From Magallana gigas (Eukaryota): DNA of 64,000 nucleotides. Under the pieces are notes generated by a model. That model was not told where the DNA came from, ran no database searches, and was given only the letters and a program-made list of their open reading frames with translations. Positions within the stretch are counted from its first letter, which is position 1; the number at the start of each line of letters is the position of its first letter. The position numbers and the translations under genes are program-made. Below are positions 32,091-44,000 of the stretch, piece after piece. The stretch covers positions 3,286,001-3,350,000 of the forward strand of contig NC_088862.1 in the NCBI RefSeq assembly GCF_963853765.1, given 5' to 3'.

Positions 32091-33213
32091 AAGGTCTTTT
32101 TTTAGTCAACAGCTTACAGGTTAATAACATTTGGCATGATTTCAGGACACGGTTATATATCAACTGTCATTGGATATTGAATATTGTGGCACATAATGAT
32201 GCCCAGGTGTTCAATATTATTTTCCATAATGTTTAACATACATGTATGTTTATTTTTCTAATGCTTATTCATCCACAAACTGGGGGGGGGGGGGGGGCAG
32301 AGGTCCAGACCCCCCTTAAAAGTTCAACTTATCCAATTAAATGGACTCCTCTAGAAAAAAAATTCTGGATCCGCACATGTAAGTGATTTTACATTAACCG
32401 TAATTATATATTTGTCATTTCAATATTTTTTAACTGGAACTGTCAATCAAATCAAAAATGAAATTACATCAGTATTTATATAATAATTTTAGGTAAATAA
32501 ATTGTAACCCTACAATTCACAGTTTAAATTTTCAGTAAATTAATAACATTTATGTGGTAATGTCAATTTAAATGTGTTGAACTTTAAATTGTGCAAATAA
32601 CATCAGTAAAATATTTATGTCAACACACAGACACTTTAAAATTATAATCCCCGATTATTTTAATTTCTCTTTACATTAACTTTTATTCTGCATAAATGTT
32701 ATCTATTATATAAAAACAGTGATAAACCCTATTCATACAGATCAATTAAATTTGTAAGTTAATCACAATTTTCACCCCCCCCCCCAAAAAAAAAAAACAA
32801 AAAACAAAAACATTCGCAAGTTATCCTTTTAAAAAATCACCAATTTTTTGTCAATAGAACCTATTCACTTAAATTCAGATACTTATATTATATAACAGTG
32901 ATAACGTACCTGTATCTTTTCACCTGTTACAGCTAAAAAAAATCCAAATGAAAAAAAAACACCAGGTAAACAGGTGACAGGTAAACAGGTGACAGCTTTT
33001 ACATGTACCTGGATAATATTCAGGTGCACATTGGTCGCTCAGAACATAGGTAGCCAGTCTTCTGTTCTTCTAGGCAGATTTGTCCGGTTCTCCAAAAAAA
33101 CAGCGAAAAGGAGAGAACATCGATCACAACACATCAGTGACAACTGATGACTGCTTGATATATACGGTTCTATCAGTGATCGACTCCAGAGCATTTCGCC
33201 CCGACTGTAAATA

Positions 33214-33223
33214 GTCATGTGAC
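33214..33223. promoter_or_regulatory. GTCATGTGAC M-box/CLEAR-like E-box near the putative SLC38A11 first exon (donor CAG|gtacat at 33009)
   Basis: Motif is visible in a locally GC-richer segment; promoter role is inferred. Confidence 0.35.
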
Positions 33224-33983
33224 GGACTCGTAGACTCTGTGTCCTTGAGGTCTTTGTTTTTCTCAACAGGTGTTCAAAATTACTGAATCATTCTTGTTAA
33301 ATGTACGAGGAATTTGTACTGAAATGCAATAGGCCTATTAAGTGTGTGATATTACGAGGGAAGGGGGGGTATACACATGTATACATTATTACATGTAATA
33401 CAGGCGCGTTTAGCAATGGTCATTGAGAAGGGACCTACCCAAACATTGACAAGCAAAATAAACAAACAATATGACTTTTTACCAAACTTAGGTTGAGTCT
33501 AGACGGTCGGGAGGTCAAGAGTTCCGCCCACCCCTTCTCCTCAGGAAAATTTAAACTAGTCTTTAATAAACAAAGTAAAGTTATCAATGGAAAATTAAGC
33601 ATCGGAACCCAACGGAAGTCAAGAGTATCTGGTCCGTTCTGCTCTACAAATTGTCGGTCTCAATCAGAAAAAATGTATACCGTGTCTACTATTTGTGTTT
33701 TATACCATTTTTCTACCAGTTACTGGGTGGTTGTAAGTACCAAATATACAAAATGTACAATATATTAACTACATACACTTCTCTAACGATTTATTTTACA
33801 TGCATTGGTCCAAAATTGTAGGGCCACAACTTCTCTTTAAAAAAAACTTCAGGTATTTTTCATCAGACAGAAAATGAATAAAATTGTTAGATTTTTTTAA
33901 TGGCATTCGAAAATTCTAACCCCCCTCTTTAAATCTTTGCTTATTTTACGTCACAAAAACTGGTTCTGCTTAACCTTGAGATT

Positions 33984-34323
33984 GCTGGCATGGGACACCG
34001 ACACCTGTCCATATTAATGTGGATATACAGGACATGTTATAATCAGAATACTTTCACCGGTTTAGAATTTTCAAATTTTACAATATTTGTACAAAAATGT
34101 GCATTACAATTTTTGAAGAGGTAAAAAATATATAAGCCCATGCAGGATTCGAACATACGACTTACAGATTCGTAGTTTACGTTTAAAACCCATTGTGCTA
34201 CGCTGTTAGGTAACACTTTTGGGAAAGAAAATAAAAGATAAAATTCTGCTTGACTTAAATGTTTCATTTCGATAGGAAATACCAATACGTCACAAGATCT
34301 GGATGTGTCCCATGCCACCTTAA
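33984..34323. mobile_element. TIR element with internal tRNA-like segment (34137-34203, minus strand)
   Basis: TIR ggcatgggacac / gtgtcccatgcc followed by acc-TTAA; ggattcgaac B-box complement. Confidence 0.7.
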
Positions 34324-35032
34324 TATATATTAAATATTAAATATCATATATTATATATTGGTTTACTGTGGTTTTGATTATAAACCACAGTAAATATTAT
34401 TAGATACATGTAGATACATTCACAGGTACATTGTATTTGGGGCGTTTGTACCTTTCCTCCTTTATTGAAAATAAAAATCCAAGGCCAACTCACGCTTTAT
34501 ATCCATTGTTTATGTTTTTATATGCATGATACTTTATTGATAACGTTACATATAGAGAAATAATCTGTCTTTTATCTTAAAATATAGGATCTATATTTAT
34601 ATGACTGTGTAACAGAGTATGACTGTACTTTCTAATTTTCTCTTACTGACTTTCGAAGAAGTTGATCGAGGGGCCAGGTCGTTGTTTATTTTTAAAAAAC
34701 TATATTCTATGCGTGGTAAGTGGATAAAGAATGGTTGACTAAACACCCCCCCCCCCCCCACACACACACATCAATTGCTCCACAATTGTTTAGAAATTTA
34801 TACCCCCTGTCATATTGTGAAAAATTAATACAAAGGTTTTTTGAAACAGTATAAATGATGTTAAATACAAATATATACATGTAATGCAATACCATTTACA
34901 GTTTGTAAATAGTTAATTTAAGCGGGCTGTTTATTATTATCAAGTTTCTCCTTTACTGTGAAAATATAGCATTGTAAGCCTAAAGAATGATAACTCTAAT
35001 TCTATCCTGAACGATGTATAGTATGATATAAA

Positions 35033-35367
35033 TTAAGGTGCATGGAACACCACGCCCTGAAAAAGTCACTCAAACTAATAGTTAATTATTTGATTTTGAA
35101 AGATATAATGATAGATAAAATGTACATATGTGAAATAAAAGCGAAAAATTTTGCATTTTAAGGATAAAAAATGAACACTTAGGTAAGTAACAACAAAAGT
35201 CCCTGCAGGATTCGAATTCGGGATGTACAGATCACAAGCCGGACACTTTTATCCATTTGGCTGTGTAGTAAGTTACGTGTTGCCTTCAATAAAATTCTCT
35301 CTATAAAACGAAATTTCGTTTCGATCAGATGTCAGCCATTTTGTGATGATGTTTTATTCCACCTTAA
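35033..35367. mobile_element. TTAA-flanked TIR element with internal tRNA-like segment (about 35205-35270)
   Basis: TTAA-GGTG...CACC-TTAA; caggattcgaattcggga.gtacagatc. Confidence 0.7.
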
Positions 35368-36800
35368 TGTTCAACGGTCTCTTATTTATTCAGGTGGTTA
35401 GTGGTGCATGCGTTGAGATACCTCTTTTGTCCTCTTTTATATAAGCTTTCTGATTCTTTATTCCATCATACATACATGTAATTTGCACTTCTCATATATT
35501 TTTTTATCTAAGAGAGGGATTTGTATGATCTTATTGTACTTTATGTCAAATACATGTACCTGCTATTGTAAAATATCAATAAATATTGTTTAAACTAAAA
35601 ATATAAACTAGATACGGAAGCACGTGTGAGTATGGTACTTTTTTTTTTTTTACATTTTTTTTTTGGCATCAGCTGAATTTTGTTTCCAGCACCACGGGTA
35701 AGCCATCTTCGCTAGTAAGTAAAGGTAAGGTTTTTTGTAGTCTCCTTTTTGAATGGGAGCATGCATCTTCCAAAGTCAAGTACATTGTATTTGTAAACTG
35801 CTCCGCTCTACTGTGTTATTATGGAGACGGTACATGAAATTGGTACATGGGTGTATGTGAGAGAATCGAGCGAATCGTAAACCCATGCGGACATGCTTTA
35901 CAGTGCTTCTGTGGGTCTTCCCTTAAGCGCAATTCCTACATGTTTAACTGAGTGACTAAGGATGTATTTCGCCGCATGCATTTATCGGTAGGGTTTGTAA
36001 CTAATAACTTTATAACAACTCTGACAATGAAATTAAAGTAATGAAAGTACTGACGGCCGGATTATTGTAGTTTAATTCTGTTTTGAAATACTTTAAATTC
36101 ACTAATGATTTTTTGATGAGACAACTATCTACATTTATTTCTGTGCAGTTGTGCTATTTAAAAGTAACCATGTACATTTCTGCATACAGCCAGGCTTTTG
36201 CAAAGCTTAATTTGAGCTGGATGGCGGTGGCCATTATTAGGCTATATTTACCTCCTTTACACAAAGAGTTCTGTATAAGACATGGGAAAATGTTCAAATT
36301 TCAAAGTCAAAATGCTTTGATTTTTACTTGACTAAGTATTAGTCTATGGCAAAAAAGCATGTGTACAAATCTACAGCTGACATGGATCTGATGGATGATT
36401 TGTTGACAACGTGTACCCAGCATCATTAAACCACCATAAAAGAAACAGACAAAATACACATATAGAATAAACTTAAAATTTATTTGTGAAACATTGCATA
36501 TAGATTACATATGTCTGATGAGTTCATGTAATACTTTGAACGTACCAACTCTTTGAAAATCTCTTTTGTTGAGGGCTGATGGAATAGCAGTTTTCAAGTT
36601 TTTGTTTGGTCCAGACTATATTTTGTGAAGACACGAGGCTGTAGTTTTACATTAAATTATGTATGTATATACACATCTTTTATAATCAAGCTAACATGCA
36701 GCACAAATGCCGAGCTTTTCATAAATCGGCTTACTTTTTGCAGTATTTTAGCTCCAAGACTTTAATATGTTTTTAAAAATATTTGATAACAGTTGGAAGT

Positions 36801-36875
36801 CTATAGCTCCCGGTTTATAAAAAACTCGACCAGGTCGTCCATTCAATTTTTTCGATTCCTGACCGGGAGCTACAG
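36801..36875. repeat. Short inverted repeat / mini-MITE
   Basis: ctatagctcccggt / accgggagctacag (13 of 14 bases pair). Confidence 0.6.
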
Positions 36876-37000
36876 AACTGCATTCAGCTAATTTGATAAT
36901 ACATGTGTATACATGTGTATCGATACCACTCGATCTAAAAAATATTTTACCTAATTATATTAATCTACAGGACAAATTGAAGAATTCGCGTCGTTTGTAT

Positions 37001-38050
37001 TTATAAAACCAGAAGGATGATGCTGACTAATGAGAACAGTGTCCAGGACGACCTTCTACATTCAGCAGCGTTTCCACCCTTTTTATTTGTGTTGGACTTC
37101 GATCCCGATCCGTTTGATTCTTCATCCCCCATTATGATTCTGTCTGTACAAACGTGTTCCGGGATTTCTTGGATAGGTTGACAGTTGTCGGGCACCTGTT
37201 TGCTCGCGGGACAGTTTTGTATTTTATCATTATCCAGGACGTCTTTGACGCTCGCGCCTTGTAGCGCCTCTGGGCCGGTACATGTCCCCGTTTCAACCAA
37301 ATCCTTTAGCCCTACCTCAGAGGCATATATATTTTTCATGTACACAATATCGCAAGTGCACTGAAATTGACATCCAGAAATGATCAGCGATTTGGTGAGA
37401 CCTAGTCTCGGATAGACATTGCACTCCAAATTATCAAAAGCGACTTGTTTGAACTCAACAGTGTTGAATTGAGTATCGGCAAACGCAGCACTTCTTAGAT
37501 GTTTCAGCCGACCATTTTCATATTTTATACCCAGGTCAGAAGTAACATTGTTAAACGCAAATGGTTCCATTTTGTGCACTGTTGTGTCCGTGAAAGTGAG
37601 TTGTAGCTTTGTCTTGATATTCCAAAACGCGTAACTTTTCATTGTTGTTATGGTCGACTTTCTGAACGTGATGGACACCGGACTAAGATGTGTAAAAGCC
37701 CCTTGCTTGATTTCACCAATCACAGTCAGATCGAACAAAATTGTTTTCAAATTTTTATGATTACTTGGTATTGCGCATGCACTGATTTGTCCGAAATTGC
37801 AGCGACTAAATGACAGCGTGGTCAAATTAGGAAGGTTTTCGAAAGCTTTCGGGGGTAGTTCTGTCACAGTGTACTCATCAAAAACAATTTTTTCAGTATT
37901 TGTTGGAAACGATTCAGGAAAATGAACTGCCGCGGGACATTTGACATTGTTACCTCTACAGACGCATTGTTTTGGACATCCTAGGATCAATGCTGGTAGG
38001 ATACAGGCTATAATCAGGAGTGACCCTCCTAGGCTGTATCTTGAAGCCAT
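37001..38050 (-). CDS. Leucine-rich-repeat cell-surface protein, predicted GPI-anchored (349 aa, single coding exon)
   Basis: Signal peptide, LRRNT CPKQCVC, LRR_5-like repeats (xIxxxAF), LRRCT FQCTCD...CTGP, low-complexity spacer, terminal hydrophobic tail with no cytoplasmic part; acceptor ttcttcag at 38065. Confidence 0.9.
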   Translation of the reverse strand: MASRYSLGGSLLIIACILPALILGCPKQCVCRGNNVKCPAAVHFPESFPTNTEKIVFDEYTVTELPPKAFENLPNLTTLSFSRCNFGQISACAIPSNHKNLKTILFDLTVIGEIKQGAFTHLSPVSITFRKSTITTMKSYAFWNIKTKLQLTFTDTTVHKMEPFAFNNVTSDLGIKYENGRLKHLRSAAFADTQFNTVEFKQVAFDNLECNVYPRLGLTKSLIISGCQFQCTCDIVYMKNIYASEVGLKDLVETGTCTGPEALQGASVKDVLDNDKIQNCPASKQVPDNCQPIQEIPEHVCTDRIIMGDEESNGSGSKSNTNKKGGNAAECRRSSWTLFSLVSIILLVL

Positions 38051-38108
38051 TAAAAGCAGTCTGGCTGAAGAAGAAGAAATCAGATTTCATTAAATCATGC
38101 TTTCGAAG

Positions 38109-38109
<1 letters not shown>

Positions 38110-38192
<83 letters not shown>
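38110..38192. repeat. (TATC)n tetranucleotide microsatellite
   Basis: Direct reading. Confidence 0.95.
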
Positions 38193-38701
38193 CTTTTTAA
38201 ATTTTGTAATTAAAAATGAATGCATGTTTACGACCCTGTGTTTAGGAATTATTAATACCACTCGACCGGTTCCAAATTTAGTGTTGCATTAACATATCAT
38301 TTACATATCATAAGAAAAATAAAATGGTGGAGATTAATTAAAATGCGTAAATGTGTGGACTTCATTGATTTTAATAAGTTCAATTTGATGGTCCTTTTAG
38401 TCCTTATAGTGCGCAAGGAAGAAAACAAATACCAATCAAATACATTCATTTGCAAAGACAGAATTCTTTTTGTTTACTATTATTAATTGTCACGATGTCA
38501 AAAAATAAGCCTCGGGGGCACGTCATCAATTTATCTCTCAATTCATGATGTAACAAAACATGCGTATTATCAACGAAATAAGATAAAACAATAAATATGA
38601 ATAAGATATAATAAATAAATAATCTGCAAAAATAATACTGGTCTAATTTTTCTGCAAGACTATATCCCCCTTGTTTTGAAAGAATTGCGTAGAAAGCAAA
38701 C

Positions 38702-38806
38702 CTGTTGAGCAATAAGATCGTCTATTCCTCGTCTGTCGCGCCGTTGTCTTAACAAAACGTCTTGTGCATTTTTATTGCCTATTGTAACCGCAGGTACGGA
38801 AGCCCA
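38702..38806 (-). other. Putative 5'UTR exon of the LRR gene
   Basis: ttgtttctccag acceptor, CAG|gtttgc donor, GC-richer than its flanks. Confidence 0.5.
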
Positions 38807-38841
38807 CTGGAGAAACAAGACAATATATAAAGAGCATTTAA

Positions 38842-38848
<7 letters not shown>

Positions 38849-38887
<39 letters not shown>
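38849..38887. repeat. (AG)n microsatellite
   Basis: Direct reading. Confidence 0.95.
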
Positions 38888-38891
<4 letters not shown>

Positions 38892-39560
38892 GATGCGTGT
38901 GTCTACTGCAAGTAATTGCGTCGAAATAATATTTTGCGATGTGCAGCAATAGTAACTCTGCTGCAGTTGTTAATGTACTCCATAGCTAGACGTACTTATT
39001 TCAACAAGTTATTAATATAATCCAGAACATGATGAGGGTAGCAACATTGAAGGAAAGAAAAACCAACTCGCTAAGACGCAAACCGAAACACAAAACACCC
39101 AAAGGAATCGTTCACCGCATTATTTTCATCATTCCACTGGTTAACGTTAAAACAAGAGCATCCCTTTCATCATCATTTTCGTACCTCGACATCTCCTACA
39201 GGGGTCCACCTGGCGAATACAAGGCACGTAGCATCGATTTTAAAGTGGGTGGGGAAGGCTCATCAAACAAAATCTTTACAATAAAAAAAAAAGGAAATTC
39301 GCAAATTACGACATCCCTGACCCCGACCCAAACCATTTGCCACCGAGGGCTACGGAATAACCAATGCTGCATTTATTGTCATGCATCTCTCAGACTGGGA
39401 CTATATTTAATTAAACGACATTGCTCACGGCATTATTGGAACCGTGAACTCTAACATAGCATTGGACCTCCTAGTACATGTACATGTAGGTATATGAAGT
39501 ATGCTGACCCGGGTGATAGAGAGACTAGTCCCCAGTATACCATTGGAGAGGAGGGGGTAC

Positions 39561-39636
39561 CTCATCGCCATCAGCATGGGCTCTGGATGGTTCGAGCCAT
39601 TTTTAGACTGCATTAATCTCCTTGAGAAGAATAACT
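39561..39636 (-). other. Putative 5'UTR exon of the LRR gene with five ATGs
   Basis: ttacctttatgcag acceptor, GAG|gtaccc donor. Confidence 0.45.
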
Positions 39637-39942
39637 CTGCATAAAGGTAAATAAAGATTATTGAAAAATGAAGATTTTCTGCTAAAACATTTGAATATTT
39701 AATATTGTTTTAAGCAATCAGCAAAAAACAATCCTTTAAATTTATATAGGTTTAAAAGTTGTTGCATTTATCTGTTGTACATAACAAATTTATTTGACTT
39801 TTTGATTTCATGGTTTAAAAAAAAGATGGTTCTCAGCTAAGATAAAAAAATAATCGGGTGTAAAAAAATTTAATATAGATTTGATGGGTAATTTATGGAT
39901 ATAGGCCGAGCCTCCTCCAGATTGAGTTACATGTACTAATAC

Positions 39943-40073
39943 CTTGGATATCTCTCCTAAAATTCTCAAAATGCGTAACTTTTTCATTGTGCGTTGCCAA
40001 AGTGCTCAGAATTATTAAACCGCGACCGGAGTAAATGTCCCTGGAGGTATTGTATTCCTAATTCGCATATACA
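39943..40073 (-). pseudogene. Exon-like segment containing a degenerate copy of part of the LRR coding sequence
   Basis: caaaatgcgtaactttttcattgt versus caaaacgcgtaacttttcattgt at 37623, plus a second anchor accgga.taa.atgt at similar spacing. Confidence 0.4.
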
Positions 40074-40286
40074 CTGCAATAATTTAATAACAGTGTAATT
40101 AGATTTATATTACCTTTCATGTGAAGCTGTTCTGCCACTGTCGCAGCTGCCAAATGATCACATTCATTTATGACGGTGATTCAGACTAAATACCGCAATT
40201 AAAGCTGGTTTTAAATTTCCCTTAATATCGAAATACGAACATTCAAATAGGAATATAACAGTAATATCTACTGAAATGGTAGGGAA

Positions 40287-40562
40287 CTGGAACTTTCTAG
40301 TTAGCGAGGGATTATATTTTGTGATAACGTACATATGTAAGGGTCATCGTCGAAAATGAGAATAAAATGCCATGAATGCTTTTTTTACAAACTTTGATAC
40401 AAAGGGCACATGTGTAATGTATCTGGAATATTCTAGTTAGCGAGTGATTATATGTTGTGATAAAGTAAAGGTCATCGTCGGAAATCAAAATAAAAAACCA
40501 TGAATTTGCTGATTTAAGGCTTTTAATACAAACTTTGATACAAAAAGGCACATGTATAATGT
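40287..40562. repeat. Tandem duplication of an about 136-bp unit
   Basis: ttctagttagcgag...ggtcatcgtcg...tacaaactttgatacaaa..ggcacatgt.taatgta occurs twice (starts 40287 and 40423). Confidence 0.85.
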
Positions 40563-41080
40563 AACATTTTAAGTCACATGATGCCTACACTTTATTTGTA
40601 GACAAGCTCCTGTACATTTACACACACCACAACCCCGTTATTTTCAGTAACCAGTTCTTCATCTCTCTTCTCAACAAGTAGCGCAAGTGGATGCATGATT
40701 AAGCTTAACTTTGCATTTCAAAAGAAAAAAAGCGCATGGATTGGTGCGGATACGTGCATGGTGTCATTATCTTTCAAACGATTTTCAAATTAGCAAATGT
40801 TAAATCAGGGTAAAAATTAACCCTTTGCATGCAATTTCTCGACAAAACTTAAGCAGCGTAAAATGCTTAATGAGTATTTTAATGTCGGGGACACGTTATC
40901 GAACTCTCAGGATGACAACATTTGTGGAAGTAAATAGTGCCGTGTGCATTATATTAATTAGTTCATTCTTTATCGGGGTTGATCCTACATATAGTACAAT
41001 GATTTAGTCTTTTTACTAGTGAGGTCTCAGTAATCATTTCCTAAGTGTCCAGCTACCAACGACACCAGAAACGATTTATC

Positions 41081-44000
41081 ATGCGTGAGTATTTGTTTAT
41101 TTATGTTTATCAAAGTATTTCAGGTTAATATTGTTTTTGAGTTTCTAGTTACTTTTTTTTTAATTTCCTTTTGTCGGGTTAATAAAAATTTCATTTACTG
41201 TTTTATAAAACATGCATTATTAGCAATAAACCTTTATCAAATAACTAGCTATGAAATAAGTAAAAGTCGAATTTAAACAAAGCAATCAAGCTTAAAAATC
41301 AGCATTTTCAACAACTCAAAAGCAATTAAGCAAGAACAAAAGGTACATCGAAATTTGAATATGTGGAAATATTATATATAAAACTAAAGTCTTCTTTAAT
41401 TAAGCAAATTTTTACAATCTAGTAAGCTAATCTATTTGGCTTTCATTTTGATTATGTGGAAAATTGGTTTACAGACATAAATTTTGTTATCAATATGAAT
41501 TATGGAACATTAATCACCGATTAGAAATTTGTCATGGCCGTATGTGACCTATTCCCCCACAGGGCAACTGTCAATCTCGCATATATTACGATTCTAACAC
41601 GTGTCTAAAATATGTTCATTTTACATTTTATGTTTTGATTTCTTAAAAGAACTTCAATAGCTGCGCAATATCTTGGCCAAATTTAATCATTTTTAATTAT
41701 GGAACCTATAAATTCGTATAAATAGTGAATCGCAGGGTAAAGAACGTTCCTTTTCGATGTTTACCGTGTAACCGATTCTGGTAATGTTAATGTATTCACC
41801 ATCTACATACAGCTAATTAAAATACATGTACAAAGAAGTACAATTAACTTATGTTGTTCAGATTTTAAGATATTCACTCTAACTTCCTGCAAACTTCTGT
41901 GTAATTTGTGTTAACTTTTTCAGACTACAATGGCCGATTGTCGCCTTCTATCTCTACATTACTGGGTCTGTTTACTCTCCTTAAAATAACTACCGCCGTT
42001 GACCTGAATATTAATTTGAAGCATATAATGAACCAGTATGTATATCTATGTGGTCGGGATTCAATCTGTAATGAAGACTTGTTAACAACACCAGGCTATG
42101 AAGAAAGCGGACGAATCAACATAAGCTGCCCTGTGTGTAGCTGTGAGGATATATGTCGAATACACGGAGACTGTTGTCCCGATTTTGCATCGAACACGTG
42201 TGTACAAACTTCATTTAAACCAGATAAAGGACACGATGTGGTAGAGTACTTCATGAAAAATGATTGTCCACAAGATGCTGATGAAAATTTAGTAAGACGA
42301 TGTCAAGAGACAAACACTGATGAGAATGTCTTAAGGCGATACCCAGTAACTTCTACAGCCACCAACATAACGTACAGCAACGTCAAATGTGCAAGGTGTA
42401 GCAAGGACCTTTCCATTGTCCCGTGGCTAATTCAGACAGATTGTAATGTTGAAAAAATGTCCTTTTCCAGTGTTGATGACCTTTGGAAATCACTCAATAC
42501 CTTGCAGTGTAACATAACGTACGAACCAACTGAAGAATTAAAAGAAATTCTTCCAAGAATATGTGACAAAAATGTCCATCTGATCGCCGAATGCAATGCA
42601 ACAGGAACTGTGTCAGATTTCGATGAACACATGGAAGAAGCGTGTAAATCGACCAACCTGCCCATTGGCGCGTTTAAGAATCCGTTTTGTTTATTGTGTA
42701 ATATTCAGGAAGAATCATTCGACCCGCCAATCTCAACTTGCAATGTTACAGGAAAACTGAAATATATAGAAGAAAGAATCGCAAACGGATGTCTTAATAA
42801 AAGCGTGGATTTACTGACTTATCCATACAAGAATAAATTTTGCGAAGATTGCAATTTACCTAAAACTGATGAAGGTGACTTCAAGTATGCAGACGTTGAT
42901 CTGACTATTCAGGTTTACAACAAATTTCATACTTTGACTGATATCAATAACGTTTCAAAACTTGTGTATTTGTCTAAATATTCCATACGTTCTTTTAATT
43001 TTTCGTTGAATTCCACTTTGAGTGAAAGTATTGAAATGCAGCAAAGGTCACAAGATCAAATAAATGTGAAATTTATCAACTGGAACAACAGAAATAAATG
43101 GTGTAGAGAGAGAGAAAATGTCTATGCTGCAGGAGATAATGGATTACAGCAGTCATGCTCCTGTAAAGCAGATTGCAATCAAACAAACAGTTGCTGCAAC
43201 GACCCTGATGAGGCATGGACTAAAAGACTTTTGAAAACATGGGGTTGTGTCAATTCAACAATTCCGCGTACATCATCTTCAGATAATCACTACTTTATGA
43301 TCAGTAAATGTCAAGATAGCTACAACAACGAACTCATAAAACGTCTCTGCGAGTCGGACGATGAGGAAAACTATCTTAGTTTTATACCTTTGACTGATAT
43401 TCAATCATTATTGACTTACAAAAATTACTTTTGTTTACTATGTGTTTTTCCGAACACTCCCAGGAAATTAATTGTCCCATGGACATTCTCCATGATATGT
43501 CCTGTAATATTTAACTTTAAGAATGAAGAAAGCCTTGAATCAGTTATCAATCATGGGTTATCACGGCAGTGTACTTTCAATCTTGTCCCAAGCTCTGATG
43601 ATTATATCCCAGACAGTTGTGATGGTTGGGGTGGACGAAGTCTATACTGTTCAGTCTGTTATCAATATAAAACATCTGTAAGCGACAATATCTACGTTAG
43701 TCGGGGATACCGTTCAATATTTTCACTGTTTGATTACTCAGAGGAAACAGTTAAAAACAACAATGATGAAAAGTGCTCAAATGATGAAGTCTTTGATCAG
43801 GTAAGATTTTGAGCAGTTTAATTAATGAATTTTCCCTCTTTTAATTGAAAACTGTTTAGAAATTTAAGGTTAACATAATGTTTTAAACAAAAGTACATCA
43901 AAAATGTTGATCCCTGATATAAATTTTGTTACCTTACGAGAAATGTAGACTGCTTTTTCTTGGAAATTGAAATCGACAAATTCGAATAATAAGAATTGAT

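Noticed and set aside
31113-32163. ORFs containing ERERER and poly-Gly runs
   Set aside because: Translations of (CT)n and poly-C tracts.
36801-36875. SECIS element
   Set aside because: No AUGA/GA quartet in the stem and no in-frame TGA in the LRR CDS.
38660-38845. Stand-alone secreted prepropeptide gene
   Set aside because: Its hydrophobic N-terminus coincides with a polypyrimidine tract and AG acceptor, so a UTR exon is the simpler reading; kept only as a low-confidence alternative.
41930-41989. ATG GCC start in good context for the GPCR
   Set aside because: Out of frame, stops after 19 codons; the in-frame start is in the ATGC micro-exon at 41081.
43930-43990. EKCRLLF segment resembling the start of GPCR exon 3
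   Set aside because: Weak acceptor and a stop within 11 codons; similarity too short to support.
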